In this document: piece after piece, positions 9,499 through 19,501 of the stretch
Layout of the letters: each line of letters starts with the position of its first letter
Position numbering within the stretch: the stretch's first letter is position 1
Source: Kineosporiaceae bacterium
GTDB lineage: Bacteria > Actinomycetota > Actinomycetes > Actinomycetales > Kineosporiaceae
DNA: 55,688 nucleotides
Assembly (NCBI GenBank): GCA_035541595.1
Contig: DATKNA010000146.1
Location: 1-55,688, forward strand
Reading direction: 5' to 3'
Notes under the pieces: model-generated
What the model saw: the letters and a program-made list of their open reading frames with translations, nothing else
What the model was told of the DNA's origin: nothing
The model's database searches: none
Made by a program: the position numbers and the translations under genes

Positions 9499-11097
9499 AT
9501 GCCGGAGCGTGCGCTGGCCGATCCCGAGTCCGACCCGACCGCGACGTGGGCGTTCGATCCCGCTCGCGCGCGTCGCCTGACCGCCCGCGTCGCCGCCGCC
9601 GCAGACGCCCGGCGGATGACGACGACGGCGCCGTTCACCAGTGCACCGCTTGCCGAACTGCCGGTCTCGACCCCGGACGACGTCCGCGCCGCCGTCGCCC
9701 GCGCTCGCAGCGCACAACCGGCCTGGGCCGCGCGCACGCCGCGCGAGCGGGCCGCCGTCCTGCTGCGACTGCACGACCTCGTGCTGGTCCGTCAGTCCGA
9801 GCTGCTGGACCTGGTGCAGCTCGAGAGCGGTAAGGCCCGCGGGCACGCCTACGAGGAGGTCGCGGACGTCGCGATCAACGCGCGCTGGTACGCGCGCCAC
9901 GGTCCGTCGCTGGTCGCGGATGCGCGGCATCCCGGCCTGGTGCCGGTGCTCACCCGGGTGACCGAGGTCCGTCACCCGAAGGGCGTTGTCGGAGTGGTCG
10001 CGCCCTGGAACTACCCGCTCACCCTGGCGATCTCGGACGCCCTGCCGGCGCTGCTCGCCGGGAACGCCGTCGTGCTCAAACCCGACACCCGGAGCGTGCT
10101 CACCGCCCTCGCCGGGGCCGAGCTGCTCGCCGAGGCCGGCGTTCCCGAGGACGTCTTCGCCGTGGTCGTCGGTGACGGGCCGGTCGTCGGCGCGGCGCTG
10201 GTGGATGTGGTGGACCACGTCTGCTTCACCGGGTCCACCGCGACCGGGCGGCTGGTAGCCCAGCAGGCCGCCGCCCGGCTGGTCGGCGCATCGCTCGAGC
10301 TCGGCGGCAAGAACGCGGGCTACGTTGCGGCGGACGCCGACCTGGACCGGGCTGCCGAGGGCGCCGTCCGCGACTGCTTCTCCAGCGCCGGGCAGCTGTG
10401 CGTCTCGATCGAACGATTGGTGCTGCACGAGGCGATCGCCGACGCCTTCCTCGACCGGTTCCTCGGGCGCGTCCGGCACCTGGAACTCGGCGCGGGCCTG
10501 GACTACCGGGCGGACGTCGGCAGCCTGGTCTCGGCCGAGCAGTTGGCCCGGGTGCGTGCTCACGTCGACGACGCCGTCGAGCGCGGCGCCACGCTCCTTG
10601 CCGGTGGACGAACCCGCCCCGACGTCGGGCCGCTCTTCTACGAGCCGACGGTGCTGGACAACGTCCCCGTCACGGCCGCCTGCTACCGCGAGGAGACCTT
10701 CGGGCCCGTCGTGTCAGTCCGCCGGGCCGGCTCGGACGCCGAGGCGGTCTCGATCATGAACGACACGGCGTACGGCCTCAACGCCACGATCTGGACCCGG
10801 GACACCCGGCGTGCGGGCGTGCTGGCCCGCCACGTCGTGGCCGGCACCGTGTCCGTCAACGAGAGCTACATCGCGAGCTGGGGGTCCGTCGCGTCGCCGA
10901 TGGGTGGGCGCCGGTCGTCCGGGCTCGGCCGGCGGCACGGGCGCGAGGGCATCCTGCGATTCACCGACCCGCAGACCATCGCCGTCCAGCGGTCGCCCGG
11001 GTTCCGGGTCCTCTACGCGCAGGGGCCGGAGCGATTCGCGGCGATCTTCACCGGTCTGCTCCAGGCGGCGCGCACCGCTCGACTGCCGTGGCCGTGA
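9499..11097 (+). CDS. NAD(P)-dependent aldehyde dehydrogenase, succinate-semialdehyde dehydrogenase (GabD2)-like
   Basis: Catalytic Glu in LELGGKN and Cys in GQLCVSIER. VVAPWNYPL. 532 aa with the long N-terminus typical of GabD2-like enzymes. Confidence 0.85.
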   Translation: MPERALADPESDPTATWAFDPARARRLTARVAAAADARRMTTTAPFTSAPLAELPVSTPDDVRAAVARARSAQPAWAARTPRERAAVLLRLHDLVLVRQSELLDLVQLESGKARGHAYEEVADVAINARWYARHGPSLVADARHPGLVPVLTRVTEVRHPKGVVGVVAPWNYPLTLAISDALPALLAGNAVVLKPDTRSVLTALAGAELLAEAGVPEDVFAVVVGDGPVVGAALVDVVDHVCFTGSTATGRLVAQQAAARLVGASLELGGKNAGYVAADADLDRAAEGAVRDCFSSAGQLCVSIERLVLHEAIADAFLDRFLGRVRHLELGAGLDYRADVGSLVSAEQLARVRAHVDDAVERGATLLAGGRTRPDVGPLFYEPTVLDNVPVTAACYREETFGPVVSVRRAGSDAEAVSIMNDTAYGLNATIWTRDTRRAGVLARHVVAGTVSVNESYIASWGSVASPMGGRRSSGLGRRHGREGILRFTDPQTIAVQRSPGFRVLYAQGPERFAAIFTGLLQAARTARLPWP

Positions 11098-11123
11098 CGG
11101 GTACCGGCCGGCCCTCGGAGCCG

Positions 11124-12962
11124 ATGGAGCCGCGGTCCGCCGACGCAGCCAGGCAGCGGCCGGCGCCGGGTCTCGACCACGACGTCGTCGTGGTCGGATC
11201 GGGGTTCGGCGGCTCCGTCGCCGCGCTCCGCCTGGCCGAGAAGGGGTACGACGTTCTCGTCGTCGAGGCGGGCCGACGGTTCGAGGACGCCGACTTCCCC
11301 CGGACCAGCTGGGACCTGCCGCGGTTCGTCTGGGCCCCGGCGCTCGGCTGGTTCGGCATCCAGCGGATCCACCGGCTGCGGGACGTCGTGGTGCTCGCCG
11401 GCGCTGGCGTCGGCGGCGGGTCGCTCAACTACGCGAACACCCTCTACGTCCCGCCGCCGGCCTTCTTCACCGATCCGCAGTGGGGCGGGATCACCGACTG
11501 GCAGGCCGAACTGGCGCCCTACTACGACCAGGCGTCGCGGATGCTCGGTGTCGTCACCAACCCGTGCACGGGTGTGGTGGAGGAGACGATGCGCGACGTC
11601 GCCGAGGAGATGGGCGTCGGGCACACGTTCCGCAAGACACCCGTCGGTGTGTTCTTCGGCCGCGGCGGCGAGCGGGAGCCCGGGGTCAGCGTCCCCGATC
11701 CGTACTTCGGCGGGATCGGCCCCGAACGGACCGGGTGCCTCGAATGCGGCAACTGCATGGTCGGCTGCCGCTACGGCGCGAAGAACACCCTGGTCAAGAA
11801 CTACCTCGCCCTCGCGGAACGGCACGGGGCACGGATCGAGCCGTTGCGCACCGTCGTCGGGGTGCAGCCGCGGGACCATCGGCGTCCGGAGCGGGGCTGG
11901 TTGGTGACCACCGTGCGCACCGGAGGGCGCGGCCGGCGTCGGGAGGCGAGGACCGTCACGGCCGCGCAGGTGGTGATCGCGGCCGGCGCCTGGGGCACGG
12001 CGACCCTGCTGCAGACCCTCCGCGCGGACGGGGTGCTCCCCGGCCTGTCGCCGCGGTTGGGCACGATGACGCGAACGAACTCGGAGGCCCTGCTGGGCGC
12101 ATGGCTGACCCGGACGCCCGCGGACGACCTCACCAGAGGCGTCGCGATCACCACCTCCTTCCACCCGGACGACGACACCCACGTCGAGAACGTCCGCTAC
12201 GGGGTGGACTCGAACGCGATGGGGCTGCTCAGCACGGTGCTGGTGGACGGGAACCCGGACTCCTCCCGCGGTCGGTGGCGGCGACTGACCGCCGTCCTCG
12301 CCCGGGACCCGGGGGCATTCCTGCGCTCCCTCTCGGTCCGGCGGTGGTCGCAGCGAGCCGTGATCGCCCTGGTCATGCAGTCGGTCGACAACTCGATGAC
12401 CGTGACCGCGGCGCCACGTCGATTCGGTCCGGTGCGGTTGCCGGGGTGGCGGCTGGACTCCCGGCCCGGGCACGGCGCCCCGAACCCCCGGTGGATCCCC
12501 CCGGGTCACGACGCCGTCCGCAGGCTCGCGCGCCGCCTGACCGAGCGCACCGGGGTCCCGGCCATCCCGGGCGGGGCGATCGGGGACCTGGCCGACGTCC
12601 CGATGACGGCGCACTTCATCGGCGGGTGCCCGATCGGGGCGACGCCGGAGGACGGCGTCGTGGACGCCTATCAGCGCGTCTTCGGATACCCCGGTCTGCA
12701 CGTGGTCGACGGTTCGGCGGTGTCGGCGAACCTCGGCGTCAACCCAGCACTGACGATCACGGCCCAGGCCGAGCGGGTGTTCGCGCTGTGGCCCTGTCGG
12801 GGCGAGGTCGATCCACGGCCCGACCTCGGGGCGGCGTACCGGCGGGTCGACGTGGTGCCGCCACGCCGGCCGGTCGTGCCCGACTCGGCGCCGGGCGCGC
12901 TGCGGCTGCGGACCCGTCCGGGGCCAGAAGGTGTCGCGCCGCGCGTGGCAGGCAGAGAATGA
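11124..12962 (+). CDS. GMC-family FAD oxidoreductase (ChoD / cholesterol-oxidase-like)
   Basis: DVVVVGSGFGGSVAALRLAEKGYDVLVVEAG FAD fold and a GMC C-terminal domain (HVVDGSAVSANLGVNP). An alternative GTG at 11094 would form a GTGA overlap with the ALDH stop. Confidence 0.85.
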   Translation: MEPRSADAARQRPAPGLDHDVVVVGSGFGGSVAALRLAEKGYDVLVVEAGRRFEDADFPRTSWDLPRFVWAPALGWFGIQRIHRLRDVVVLAGAGVGGGSLNYANTLYVPPPAFFTDPQWGGITDWQAELAPYYDQASRMLGVVTNPCTGVVEETMRDVAEEMGVGHTFRKTPVGVFFGRGGEREPGVSVPDPYFGGIGPERTGCLECGNCMVGCRYGAKNTLVKNYLALAERHGARIEPLRTVVGVQPRDHRRPERGWLVTTVRTGGRGRRREARTVTAAQVVIAAGAWGTATLLQTLRADGVLPGLSPRLGTMTRTNSEALLGAWLTRTPADDLTRGVAITTSFHPDDDTHVENVRYGVDSNAMGLLSTVLVDGNPDSSRGRWRRLTAVLARDPGAFLRSLSVRRWSQRAVIALVMQSVDNSMTVTAAPRRFGPVRLPGWRLDSRPGHGAPNPRWIPPGHDAVRRLARRLTERTGVPAIPGGAIGDLADVPMTAHFIGGCPIGATPEDGVVDAYQRVFGYPGLHVVDGSAVSANLGVNPALTITAQAERVFALWPCRGEVDPRPDLGAAYRRVDVVPPRRPVVPDSAPGALRLRTRPGPEGVAPRVAGRE

Positions 12963-12966
12963 TCGC

Positions 12967-13971
12967 GTGAGCGATGCCGGTTGGACACCTGCAGATCTGC
13001 CCGACCTCGGCGGGATGCGGGCGGTCGTCACCGGAGCGAACTCCGGGATCGGGTGGTACACGGCCCTGGAGCTGGCCCGGCGGGGAACGGTCGTCGTCCT
13101 GGCCGTTCGCGACGAGGAGCGGGGCGCGGCGGCCGCCGAGCGGCTGCGCTCGCTGGTGCCGGCCGCCCGGCTCGAGGTGTCCCGCCTGGACCTCGCCGAC
13201 CTCGCCTCGGTCCGGGCCTTCGCGGCCGGCCAGGTCCGCCGACGGCTCGACCTTCTGATCAACAATGCCGGCGTGATGGGCATCCCGCGCACCGAGACCG
13301 CCGACGGCTTCGAGACGCAGTTCGGTGTCAACCATCTGGGGCATTTCGCGCTCACCGGCCTGCTGCTGCCGACCCTGCTCACGGGCGGCGTCCGGCGGGG
13401 CCCGGCGCGGGTCGTGACCGTCTCCAGCCACCTGCATCGGCGTGGCCGCCTGCATCCCGATGACCTGATGGCGAAGGGCTGGTACACCCCGTTCGCCGCC
13501 TACGGGCAGTCGAAGCTGGCGAACCTGCTGTTCATGCGCGAGCTGCAGCGGCGGGTCGACGCCTGCGGCGTTCCCTTGGCGAGCATCGGCGCGCACCCCG
13601 GGTATGCGGCCACGAACCTGCAGGCGAGAGGTCCGCGGATGAGCGGGAGCCGGGTGGGCGAGATGATCGCCTGGCTGGCCAACCGGCTACTGGCGCAGTC
13701 CCCGGCGCAGGGCGCCTGGCCGACGTTGCGCGCCGCGACGGATCCCGGCGCCCGCGGGGGTGACTACTTCGGTCCCGGCGGGTTCGCCGAGCAGCGCGGT
13801 CACCCGGTGCTGGTGGGGATGAGCGCCGCGGCGTCGGGCGCCGACGACGCGCGGAGGCTCTGGGAGGCGTCCGTCGAGCTGACCGGGGTGGACTACACGC
13901 AGCTGAAGCCCTCGTTCCCCAGGACACCGCCCCTGGCGCCGAACGCGGAGCCGGGTACGCCGGGGCGTTGA
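12967..13971 (+). CDS. Short-chain dehydrogenase/reductase (SDR)
   Basis: VVTGANSGIGWYTALELARRG (TGxxxGxG), NNAG, and catalytic YGQSKLAN (YxxxK). GTG start 5 nt after the GMC stop. Confidence 0.85.
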   Translation: MSDAGWTPADLPDLGGMRAVVTGANSGIGWYTALELARRGTVVVLAVRDEERGAAAAERLRSLVPAARLEVSRLDLADLASVRAFAAGQVRRRLDLLINNAGVMGIPRTETADGFETQFGVNHLGHFALTGLLLPTLLTGGVRRGPARVVTVSSHLHRRGRLHPDDLMAKGWYTPFAAYGQSKLANLLFMRELQRRVDACGVPLASIGAHPGYAATNLQARGPRMSGSRVGEMIAWLANRLLAQSPAQGAWPTLRAATDPGARGGDYFGPGGFAEQRGHPVLVGMSAAASGADDARRLWEASVELTGVDYTQLKPSFPRTPPLAPNAEPGTPGR

Positions 13972-14211
13972 GACCGGCACGCCGGGCGCGTGCGCGGAGC
14001 CGGATATGCCGGCGTGGAGCCGCGCCCGCCGGCCGCGCCGCCGGGCCCGCCCTGCAGGTGGACGGGCTCGCCCCAGGGCGGAGCGAACCCGCGGACGTCC
14101 ACGAGCGGCTGAGTCCACCGGTCGCTGCCCGCGGCTGCCCGACAGGTCGCGGGGGCTGTCGGCAACCGACCCGCCGGATGTCCCCCCGGGACGCCGTGCG
14201 ACGCTGCTCGC

Positions 14212-15051
14212 GTGCTCCGCACGGCGCTCACACCCCGCTGGCTGGCCCTCCTGGCGATGGTCCTCGCGGCCGCCGCCGTGATGGCCCGGCTCGGCGAGTG
14301 GCAGCTCGACCGTGCGCGGCAGAAGGGCGAGCGTGACCGGGTCGAGGCCGCCCAGGCCGAGCCGCCTGCGCCGCTGACGTCGGTGCTCACCCCCCGGACG
14401 GCGTTTCCCGACGCCGCCGCGCACCGCCGGGTCACCGTCGAGGGCACCTGGGACTCCGCCCGTCAGCTGCTCGTCCCGGGTCGCCGGCTCGGCGACAGCA
14501 CCGGCTTGTGGGTGCTGACGCCGCTCCGGCTGGCCGACGGGTCCGGCGTCCCGGTGGTGAGGGGGTGGGTGCCGGACGCCGCCGATCCCCACGCCGACCC
14601 CCGCGCCCTGCCTCGCGGGCCGGTGGCCGTCGAGGGCGTCCTCGAACCGTCGGAGCCGGTGGAGGGCCTGGCGCCCGGAGAGGCGAGCAGCGTCCCGGCC
14701 GGGCAGGTCGCGCTGGTGGCCGCGCCCTTGCTCGTGCAGAGGTGGCCGTACCCCCTGATGACGGGTTACGTCGTGCAGGCCGGCGCCCGGCCCGGCGCGA
14801 CGGGCCAGGCCGCCGCGCTCGCCGCCGTCCCGCCGAGCACGGGCGGCGGACTCGCCCTGCAGAACCTCTCCTACGCGCTGCAGTGGTGGCTGTTCTCCGC
14901 CTTCGGGATCTTCTTCTGGTGGCGCGTGGTCCGGGACGACCACCGTGGCCGGCTCCGACGGGCCACCGTCGGCGCGGACCCACCACCTGTTCCCGGCCGT
15001 GAGCACGACGCCGAGCCCGTTCCGACCCCCGACGCAGGAGAACGACCGTGA
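14212..15051 (+). CDS. SURF1-family (cytochrome oxidase assembly) membrane protein
   Basis: N-terminal TM followed by GEWQLDRARQK, a C-terminal TM (YALQWWLFSAFGIFFWW), and a SURF1-like length. Confidence 0.7.
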   Translation: MLRTALTPRWLALLAMVLAAAAVMARLGEWQLDRARQKGERDRVEAAQAEPPAPLTSVLTPRTAFPDAAAHRRVTVEGTWDSARQLLVPGRRLGDSTGLWVLTPLRLADGSGVPVVRGWVPDAADPHADPRALPRGPVAVEGVLEPSEPVEGLAPGEASSVPAGQVALVAAPLLVQRWPYPLMTGYVVQAGARPGATGQAAALAAVPPSTGGGLALQNLSYALQWWLFSAFGIFFWWRVVRDDHRGRLRRATVGADPPPVPGREHDAEPVPTPDAGERP

Positions 15052-15440
15052 AGGCGGCTCTGACCCGTTACCGCATCCTCGCCTACGCCACGGGTGTGTT
15101 CCTGCTCCTGCTGACCGTCCACGTGATCGTGCAGTGGTACCAGGCGAGCTCGCAGGAGCTGGCCTTCGCCGACGCCCCCGGCCTTGGCCGCTGGATCCCG
15201 GGAGCCGAGCACTGGGTTCCGATCACGCACGGGTACCTCTACCTCGCCTACGTGATCGTCGCGGTCGATCTGTGGTTCCGCACCCGGCTGCCGTCCGGGA
15301 GGATGGTGCTCGTCGTCCTCGCCGGCACCGTGCCCGGCATGTCCTTCGTCGCGGAGCGCTGGGTCACGCACCGGGTGCGCCCGATGCTGGCCGCCCAGGC
15401 CTCGTCGTCGTCACCGGCGCGGACGTCGACGGGTCCCTGA
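15048..15440 (+). CDS. DUF3817-like small integral membrane protein
   Basis: 130 aa, about 4 TM. RYRILAYATGVFLLLLTVHV opening typical of DUF3817. GTGA overlap with SURF1. Confidence 0.6.
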   Translation: MKAALTRYRILAYATGVFLLLLTVHVIVQWYQASSQELAFADAPGLGRWIPGAEHWVPITHGYLYLAYVIVAVDLWFRTRLPSGRMVLVVLAGTVPGMSFVAERWVTHRVRPMLAAQASSSSPARTSTGP

Positions 15441-15493
15441 TCCCGCCGTCCACAGGCGGCCGCGGTGCGCGATCGGCCGCTGCCGCCCGCCGT

Positions 15494-15499
15494 TAGGCT
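15494..15499 (+). promoter_or_regulatory. -10-like hexamer TAGGCT positioned for a leaderless guaA transcript
   Basis: TAnnnT hexamer ends 6 nt before GTG 15506. No Shine-Dalgarno in between. Confidence 0.3.
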
Positions 15500-15505
15500 G
15501 CGGTC

Positions 15506-17245
15506 GTGACGCAGACGGGTCCTCACGCAGCCGCTCCTCCCGGGGTCCGAACGGACGCCGGGGCGCGGCGCGCCGGTGACCCGACCGATGATCTCCTCGC
15601 CGACGGGTCGCCTGACGAGGGGCCGTTGGAGGCCGGGGCGGACGCGCCCGAGCGCCTCGCTGAACGCATCCATCCGCCCGTGCTGGTGGTCGACTACGGC
15701 GCTCAGTACGCCCAACTGATCGCCCGCCGGGTCCGTGAGGCGAAGGTCTACTCCGAGGTCGTCCCGCACGACCTTCCGGTCGACGAGATCGTGGCCCGCA
15801 GGCCGGCGGCTGTGATCCTCTCGGGGGGGCCCGCGTCGGTCTACGAGCCGGGAGCGCCGCAGGTCGACCCCGCGTTGTTCGACGCCGGCGTTCCCGTGCT
15901 CGGCATCTGCTACGGCTTCCAGGCGATGGCGCAGGCCCTGGGCGGCCGGGTGGCGCACACGGGGTTGCGCGAGTACGGCGGGACGACGGTCGACACCCGG
16001 CCCGAGCGCTCCGTCCTGCTGCACGGGCAGCCCGCCGAGCAGTCGGTGTGGATGAGCCACGGGGACAGCGTCAGCCAGGCGCCCGAAGGGTTCGAGGTCG
16101 TCGCCGGGACGGCGGGCGCGCCAGTCGCGGCATTCGAGGACGAGCGACGCCGGCTCTTCGGCGTCCAATGGCACCCGGAGGTCCGGCATTCCACCTTCGG
16201 GCAGCGCGTCATCGCCAACTTCCTCACCCGCGGCGCCGGCATCACGCCCGACTGGACGACCGGCAGCGTCATCGAGGAGCAGGTCGCCCGCATTCGTGAG
16301 CAGGTGCGCTCGGCGCGGGTCATCTGTGGCCTCTCGGGCGGCGTCGACTCCGCCGTCGCCGCGGCGCTGGTCCAGCGCGCCGTGGGTGACCAGCTCAGCT
16401 GCGTCTTCGTCGATCACGGTCTGCTGCGCGCGGGGGAGGCCGAGCAGGTCGAGCGCGACTTCGTCGCCGTCACCGGCGTGCGGTTGAAGGTCGTCGAGGC
16501 GCAGGGCCGGTTCCTGTCCTCGCTCGCCGGCGTCGCCGACCCCGAGGAGAAGCGCAAGGTGATCGGGCGGGAGTTCATCCGGGTCTTCGAGCAGGCCGCG
16601 CGTGAGGTGGTGGCGGAGGCCGGGGCCGACCGGGAGGAGGTCAGGTTCCTGGTCCAAGGCACCTTGTACCCGGACGTCGTCGAGTCCGGCGGTGCCCTGC
16701 ACGAGGGGAAGAGCGGCGCGGCGACGATCAAGAGCCATCACAACGTCGGCGGCCTCCCTGACGACCTGCGCTTCGAGCTCATCGAGCCGCTCCGGACCCT
16801 GTTCAAGGACGAGGTGCGGGCGGTGGGTCTGGAGCTGGGGCTCCCCGAGGAGATCGTCCACCGGCAGCCGTTCCCCGGCCCGGGCCTGGCCATCCGGATC
16901 GTCGGCGAGGTCACGTGCGATCGCCTGCAGACCCTTCGAGCCGCGGACGCCATCGTGCGTCACGAGCTCATGGCCGCCGGGCTCGACCGTGAGATCTGGC
17001 AGTGCCCGGTCGTCCTCCTCGCCGACATCCGGTCGGTCGGCGTGCAGGGAGACGGCCGTTCGTACGGGCACCCGGTGGTCCTGCGGCCGGTCTCGAGCGA
17101 GGACGCCATGACCGCCGACTGGACCCGCCTGCCCTACGACGTGCTCGCCCGGATGTCCACGCGGATCACCAACGAGGTCCCGGGGGTGAACCGGGTCGTC
17201 CTCGACGTCACCAGCAAGCCGCCGGGGACGATCGAGTGGGAGTGA
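15506..17245 (+). CDS. guaA: Glutamine-hydrolysing GMP synthase
   Basis: GATase Cys in [11 protein letters not shown]-loop SGGVDSAV, and a conserved C-terminal dimerisation domain ending TIEWE. The start is uncertain (GTG 15506 preceded by TAGGCT, or TTG 15626). Confidence 0.92.
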   Translation: MTQTGPHAAAPPGVRTDAGARRAGDPTDDLLADGSPDEGPLEAGADAPERLAERIHPPVLVVDYGAQYAQLIARRVREAKVYSEVVPHDLPVDEIVARRPAAVILSGGPASVYEPGAPQVDPALFDAGVPVLGICYGFQAMAQALGGRVAHTGLREYGGTTVDTRPERSVLLHGQPAEQSVWMSHGDSVSQAPEGFEVVAGTAGAPVAAFEDERRRLFGVQWHPEVRHSTFGQRVIANFLTRGAGITPDWTTGSVIEEQVARIREQVRSARVICGLSGGVDSAVAAALVQRAVGDQLSCVFVDHGLLRAGEAEQVERDFVAVTGVRLKVVEAQGRFLSSLAGVADPEEKRKVIGREFIRVFEQAAREVVAEAGADREEVRFLVQGTLYPDVVESGGALHEGKSGAATIKSHHNVGGLPDDLRFELIEPLRTLFKDEVRAVGLELGLPEEIVHRQPFPGPGLAIRIVGEVTCDRLQTLRAADAIVRHELMAAGLDREIWQCPVVLLADIRSVGVQGDGRSYGHPVVLRPVSSEDAMTADWTRLPYDVLARMSTRITNEVPGVNRVVLDVTSKPPGTIEWE

Positions 17246-17296
17246 CGATGACGATCGGGTCGGCGTCCCGGTGGACCGGTGGACCGGCGCGGTGCG

Positions 17297-18595
17297 TCAC
17301 TCCTCGGTCGGCGGGGTCTGCGCCGGCCGGGCGACCCAGGCGCTGAAGACGGGAAGGCCGAACCAGGACGGTGCGATGCGGTCGGCCGCCGAGGAGGGTC
17401 GGGCCCTGTCGTCGGGCGCGGTGTCGACCGGCGGCCTGACCGCGACGGCCACGGCGGCGTAGGGGCGGTTGAAGCGGAGGGTCAGCCTTCGCCGCGGGAT
17501 CTCGGCCGGGACCATGGTGAACGCCAGCCGGACGGCGACGGCGGTGACCGCGGCCGCCTCGAAACCCTCGCGGGTGTATCGGGCGACGGCGACCTGCTGT
17601 GCCTGGAGATTCAGCGGCCCTCCCGGGAGCAGGGCGTGCAGCAGCCGCCCGGCGGCGGTGAACGCCTCGCGGGGCGGCCCACGCAACAGATCCAGCTGCG
17701 TCGACGCCTGCCAGGCCGGCAGCACGGCGACGCCCTCCTCGACCCGCCCGAACCGGCCCTTCGCCGGTACGGTGTCCTCGGCGATCTCGCCGAGCTCGGA
17801 CGCGCCGGCCGGCACGTCGAACAGCGACACCGGATCATCGATCCTCGCCCCGTCGAGGCGAGCAGCGACCTCGTCCGCGGCGGCGAGCACGCTGGATCGG
17901 TCGACGTTCGTCGGCCCGAGGACGGACACCACCGCCAGCCCGTCCGCGGAGGCGGCCACGTGCGCGCCCACGAGACCGGCGGCGCTCGTCCGGACCAGCC
18001 GCACGTCGTGTCCCTCCACCGAACGCAGGGCTCGCGCCACCCGCGCCCCGAAGTCGTCCCCGCGTCCCGGCGCAGCGAGCTCGCTGCCCGGCACCACCTC
18101 GAACGCGCGGAGCCACCGCACCCTGGTCGCGAGCGCCGACGCGAGCACGAGCAGCACGTCGGGCGTGACGTCGACGGGGAACCGGTCGATGAGCCCCAGG
18201 GTGTGCTCACGCGCCCAGGTGTCCAGCTGCCGCTGACCCGGCAGGGCGCCGCGGGTGGCGACGTCCGGGAGCCGCGCCTCGTAGTCGCGGAGGCGGTCGG
18301 TGGCGACGTCCTCGCGCCACCACAGCCCCACCGCAGCGGCTACCGCCGGATGCGGCTCGTCGAGGAGGTCCGCGGCGACCCGGCCGGCGTCCGCCAGCGG
18401 CATGCCGAGCGCGGTCTCCACCTCCCGCCGCGCGGCGGTGTCCGTGCCGTCGTCCGCGAGACCGGCGAGGGCGAGCACCAGCCAGGCGCCGAGCGCGGAG
18501 ACCACGTGCTGTTCCGATCCCGCGGCCTGGTGCAGCCTCGCCCCGTACCGTGTGATCGCCGCAGCCGCCCGGGTGGAGACGTCGTCCGTCGTCAT
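17297..18595 (-). CDS. Serpin-family protein without a signal peptide
   Basis: Start MTTDD at 18595. Helix-A/B region VVSALGAWLVLALAG, hinge-like REGFEAAAVTAVAV, and FNRPY near the C-terminus, close to the serpin signature. ATGA overlap with the upstream gene. Confidence 0.75.
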   Translation of the reverse strand: MTTDDVSTRAAAAITRYGARLHQAAGSEQHVVSALGAWLVLALAGLADDGTDTAARREVETALGMPLADAGRVAADLLDEPHPAVAAAVGLWWREDVATDRLRDYEARLPDVATRGALPGQRQLDTWAREHTLGLIDRFPVDVTPDVLLVLASALATRVRWLRAFEVVPGSELAAPGRGDDFGARVARALRSVEGHDVRLVRTSAAGLVGAHVAASADGLAVVSVLGPTNVDRSSVLAAADEVAARLDGARIDDPVSLFDVPAGASELGEIAEDTVPAKGRFGRVEEGVAVLPAWQASTQLDLLRGPPREAFTAAGRLLHALLPGGPLNLQAQQVAVARYTREGFEAAAVTAVAVRLAFTMVPAEIPRRRLTLRFNRPYAAVAVAVRPPVDTAPDDRARPSSAADRIAPSWFGLPVFSAWVARPAQTPPTEE

Positions 18596-19431
18596 GACGT
18601 CCAGGATCCCCCGTCTGCGGCGGTTGGCGAGGCGGGCACCGTGATCGGGGCGGTGCGGGTACCCGCCCGGATCGACTCGACGAGGTGCTCGTCCGGCCCG
18701 ACATAGGCGCCGTCCCACACCACGCAGCGCTCGACCGTGCCCGCGACGACGGCTGTCGGGTCCACGACACTCCGCCCGCCGCCGGCGTGCAAGTTCGCCG
18801 CGAGGTAGTCCGCCGGCGTCCCGCAGTCGATCGCCACGGAACCGGCGGCGACTCCGGCCAGCGTGACGAGCTCGAGCCGGCCGCGGGCGATCTCCTCCTG
18901 CCAGAGCACCTCGTAGAGACCGGACGGTGTCGTGGGGAGCGACCGCACCGCCGCCCACGGCAGCAGGCACGCCCCCACGTAGCGCAGGCCCGGCCGGACC
19001 GACGGGAAGTCACCGGCGCCGGCGACGGTGGAGCAGAGCAATCGGCAGCGCTCGCCGTCCCAGTCCTGGGCCAGCGCGCCGAGGCCGCCCGGGAGATAGG
19101 CGTCCGCGTTGGTGACCACGACGGACCGTCCCCCGATCCAGTCGCGCAGCAGGCCGAGGGCGCCCGCGGTCCCCCGGGCCCGGCCCGCCTCCACCGACAC
19201 GTGCGCGCGGTCGCCGACGTGCTCCGCCACCAGCGGCGCGAAGGCGTGCGCGTTGACGGCGACGTCGTCCACCCCCACCCCCGACAGGCCTGCCAGCCTG
19301 GCGAGCGCGCTGTCCACCATCGGCACCGTGCCGATGGGGCACAGCGCCTTGGGCCGCAGCAGCGTCAACGGACGCAGCCTGGTCCCGGCGCCGGCGGCGA
19401 GCACGACGCCGGCGAGCACGTGCCCGCTCAC
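18592..19431 (-). CDS. Sugar-phosphate nucleotidyltransferase (NTP_transferase domain with a short hexapeptide-like tail)
   Basis: GTG 19431. N-terminus GVVLAAGAGTRLRPLTLLRPKALCPI (GxGTRLxPLT), then a VVDPTAVVAGTVERCVVWDGAYVG LbH-like tail. Confidence 0.75.
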   Translation of the reverse strand: MSGHVLAGVVLAAGAGTRLRPLTLLRPKALCPIGTVPMVDSALARLAGLSGVGVDDVAVNAHAFAPLVAEHVGDRAHVSVEAGRARGTAGALGLLRDWIGGRSVVVTNADAYLPGGLGALAQDWDGERCRLLCSTVAGAGDFPSVRPGLRYVGACLLPWAAVRSLPTTPSGLYEVLWQEEIARGRLELVTLAGVAAGSVAIDCGTPADYLAANLHAGGGRSVVDPTAVVAGTVERCVVWDGAYVGPDEHLVESIRAGTRTAPITVPASPTAADGGSWTS

Positions 19432-19501
19432 CCGTCCCGGCTCACGACCACGACTCCCCGGGTGCGGGCAGCCGGGGACGGCGCCGGCCGCGACCGCCCC
19501 G

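Noticed and set aside
10398-11093. N-terminal 232 codons of the 854-aa ORF, which would fuse an extension to the GMC oxidoreductase.
   Set aside because: This part lies out of frame inside the aldehyde dehydrogenase gene and is Arg/Pro-rich. The FAD-binding fold begins right after ATG 11124 (or GTG 11094).
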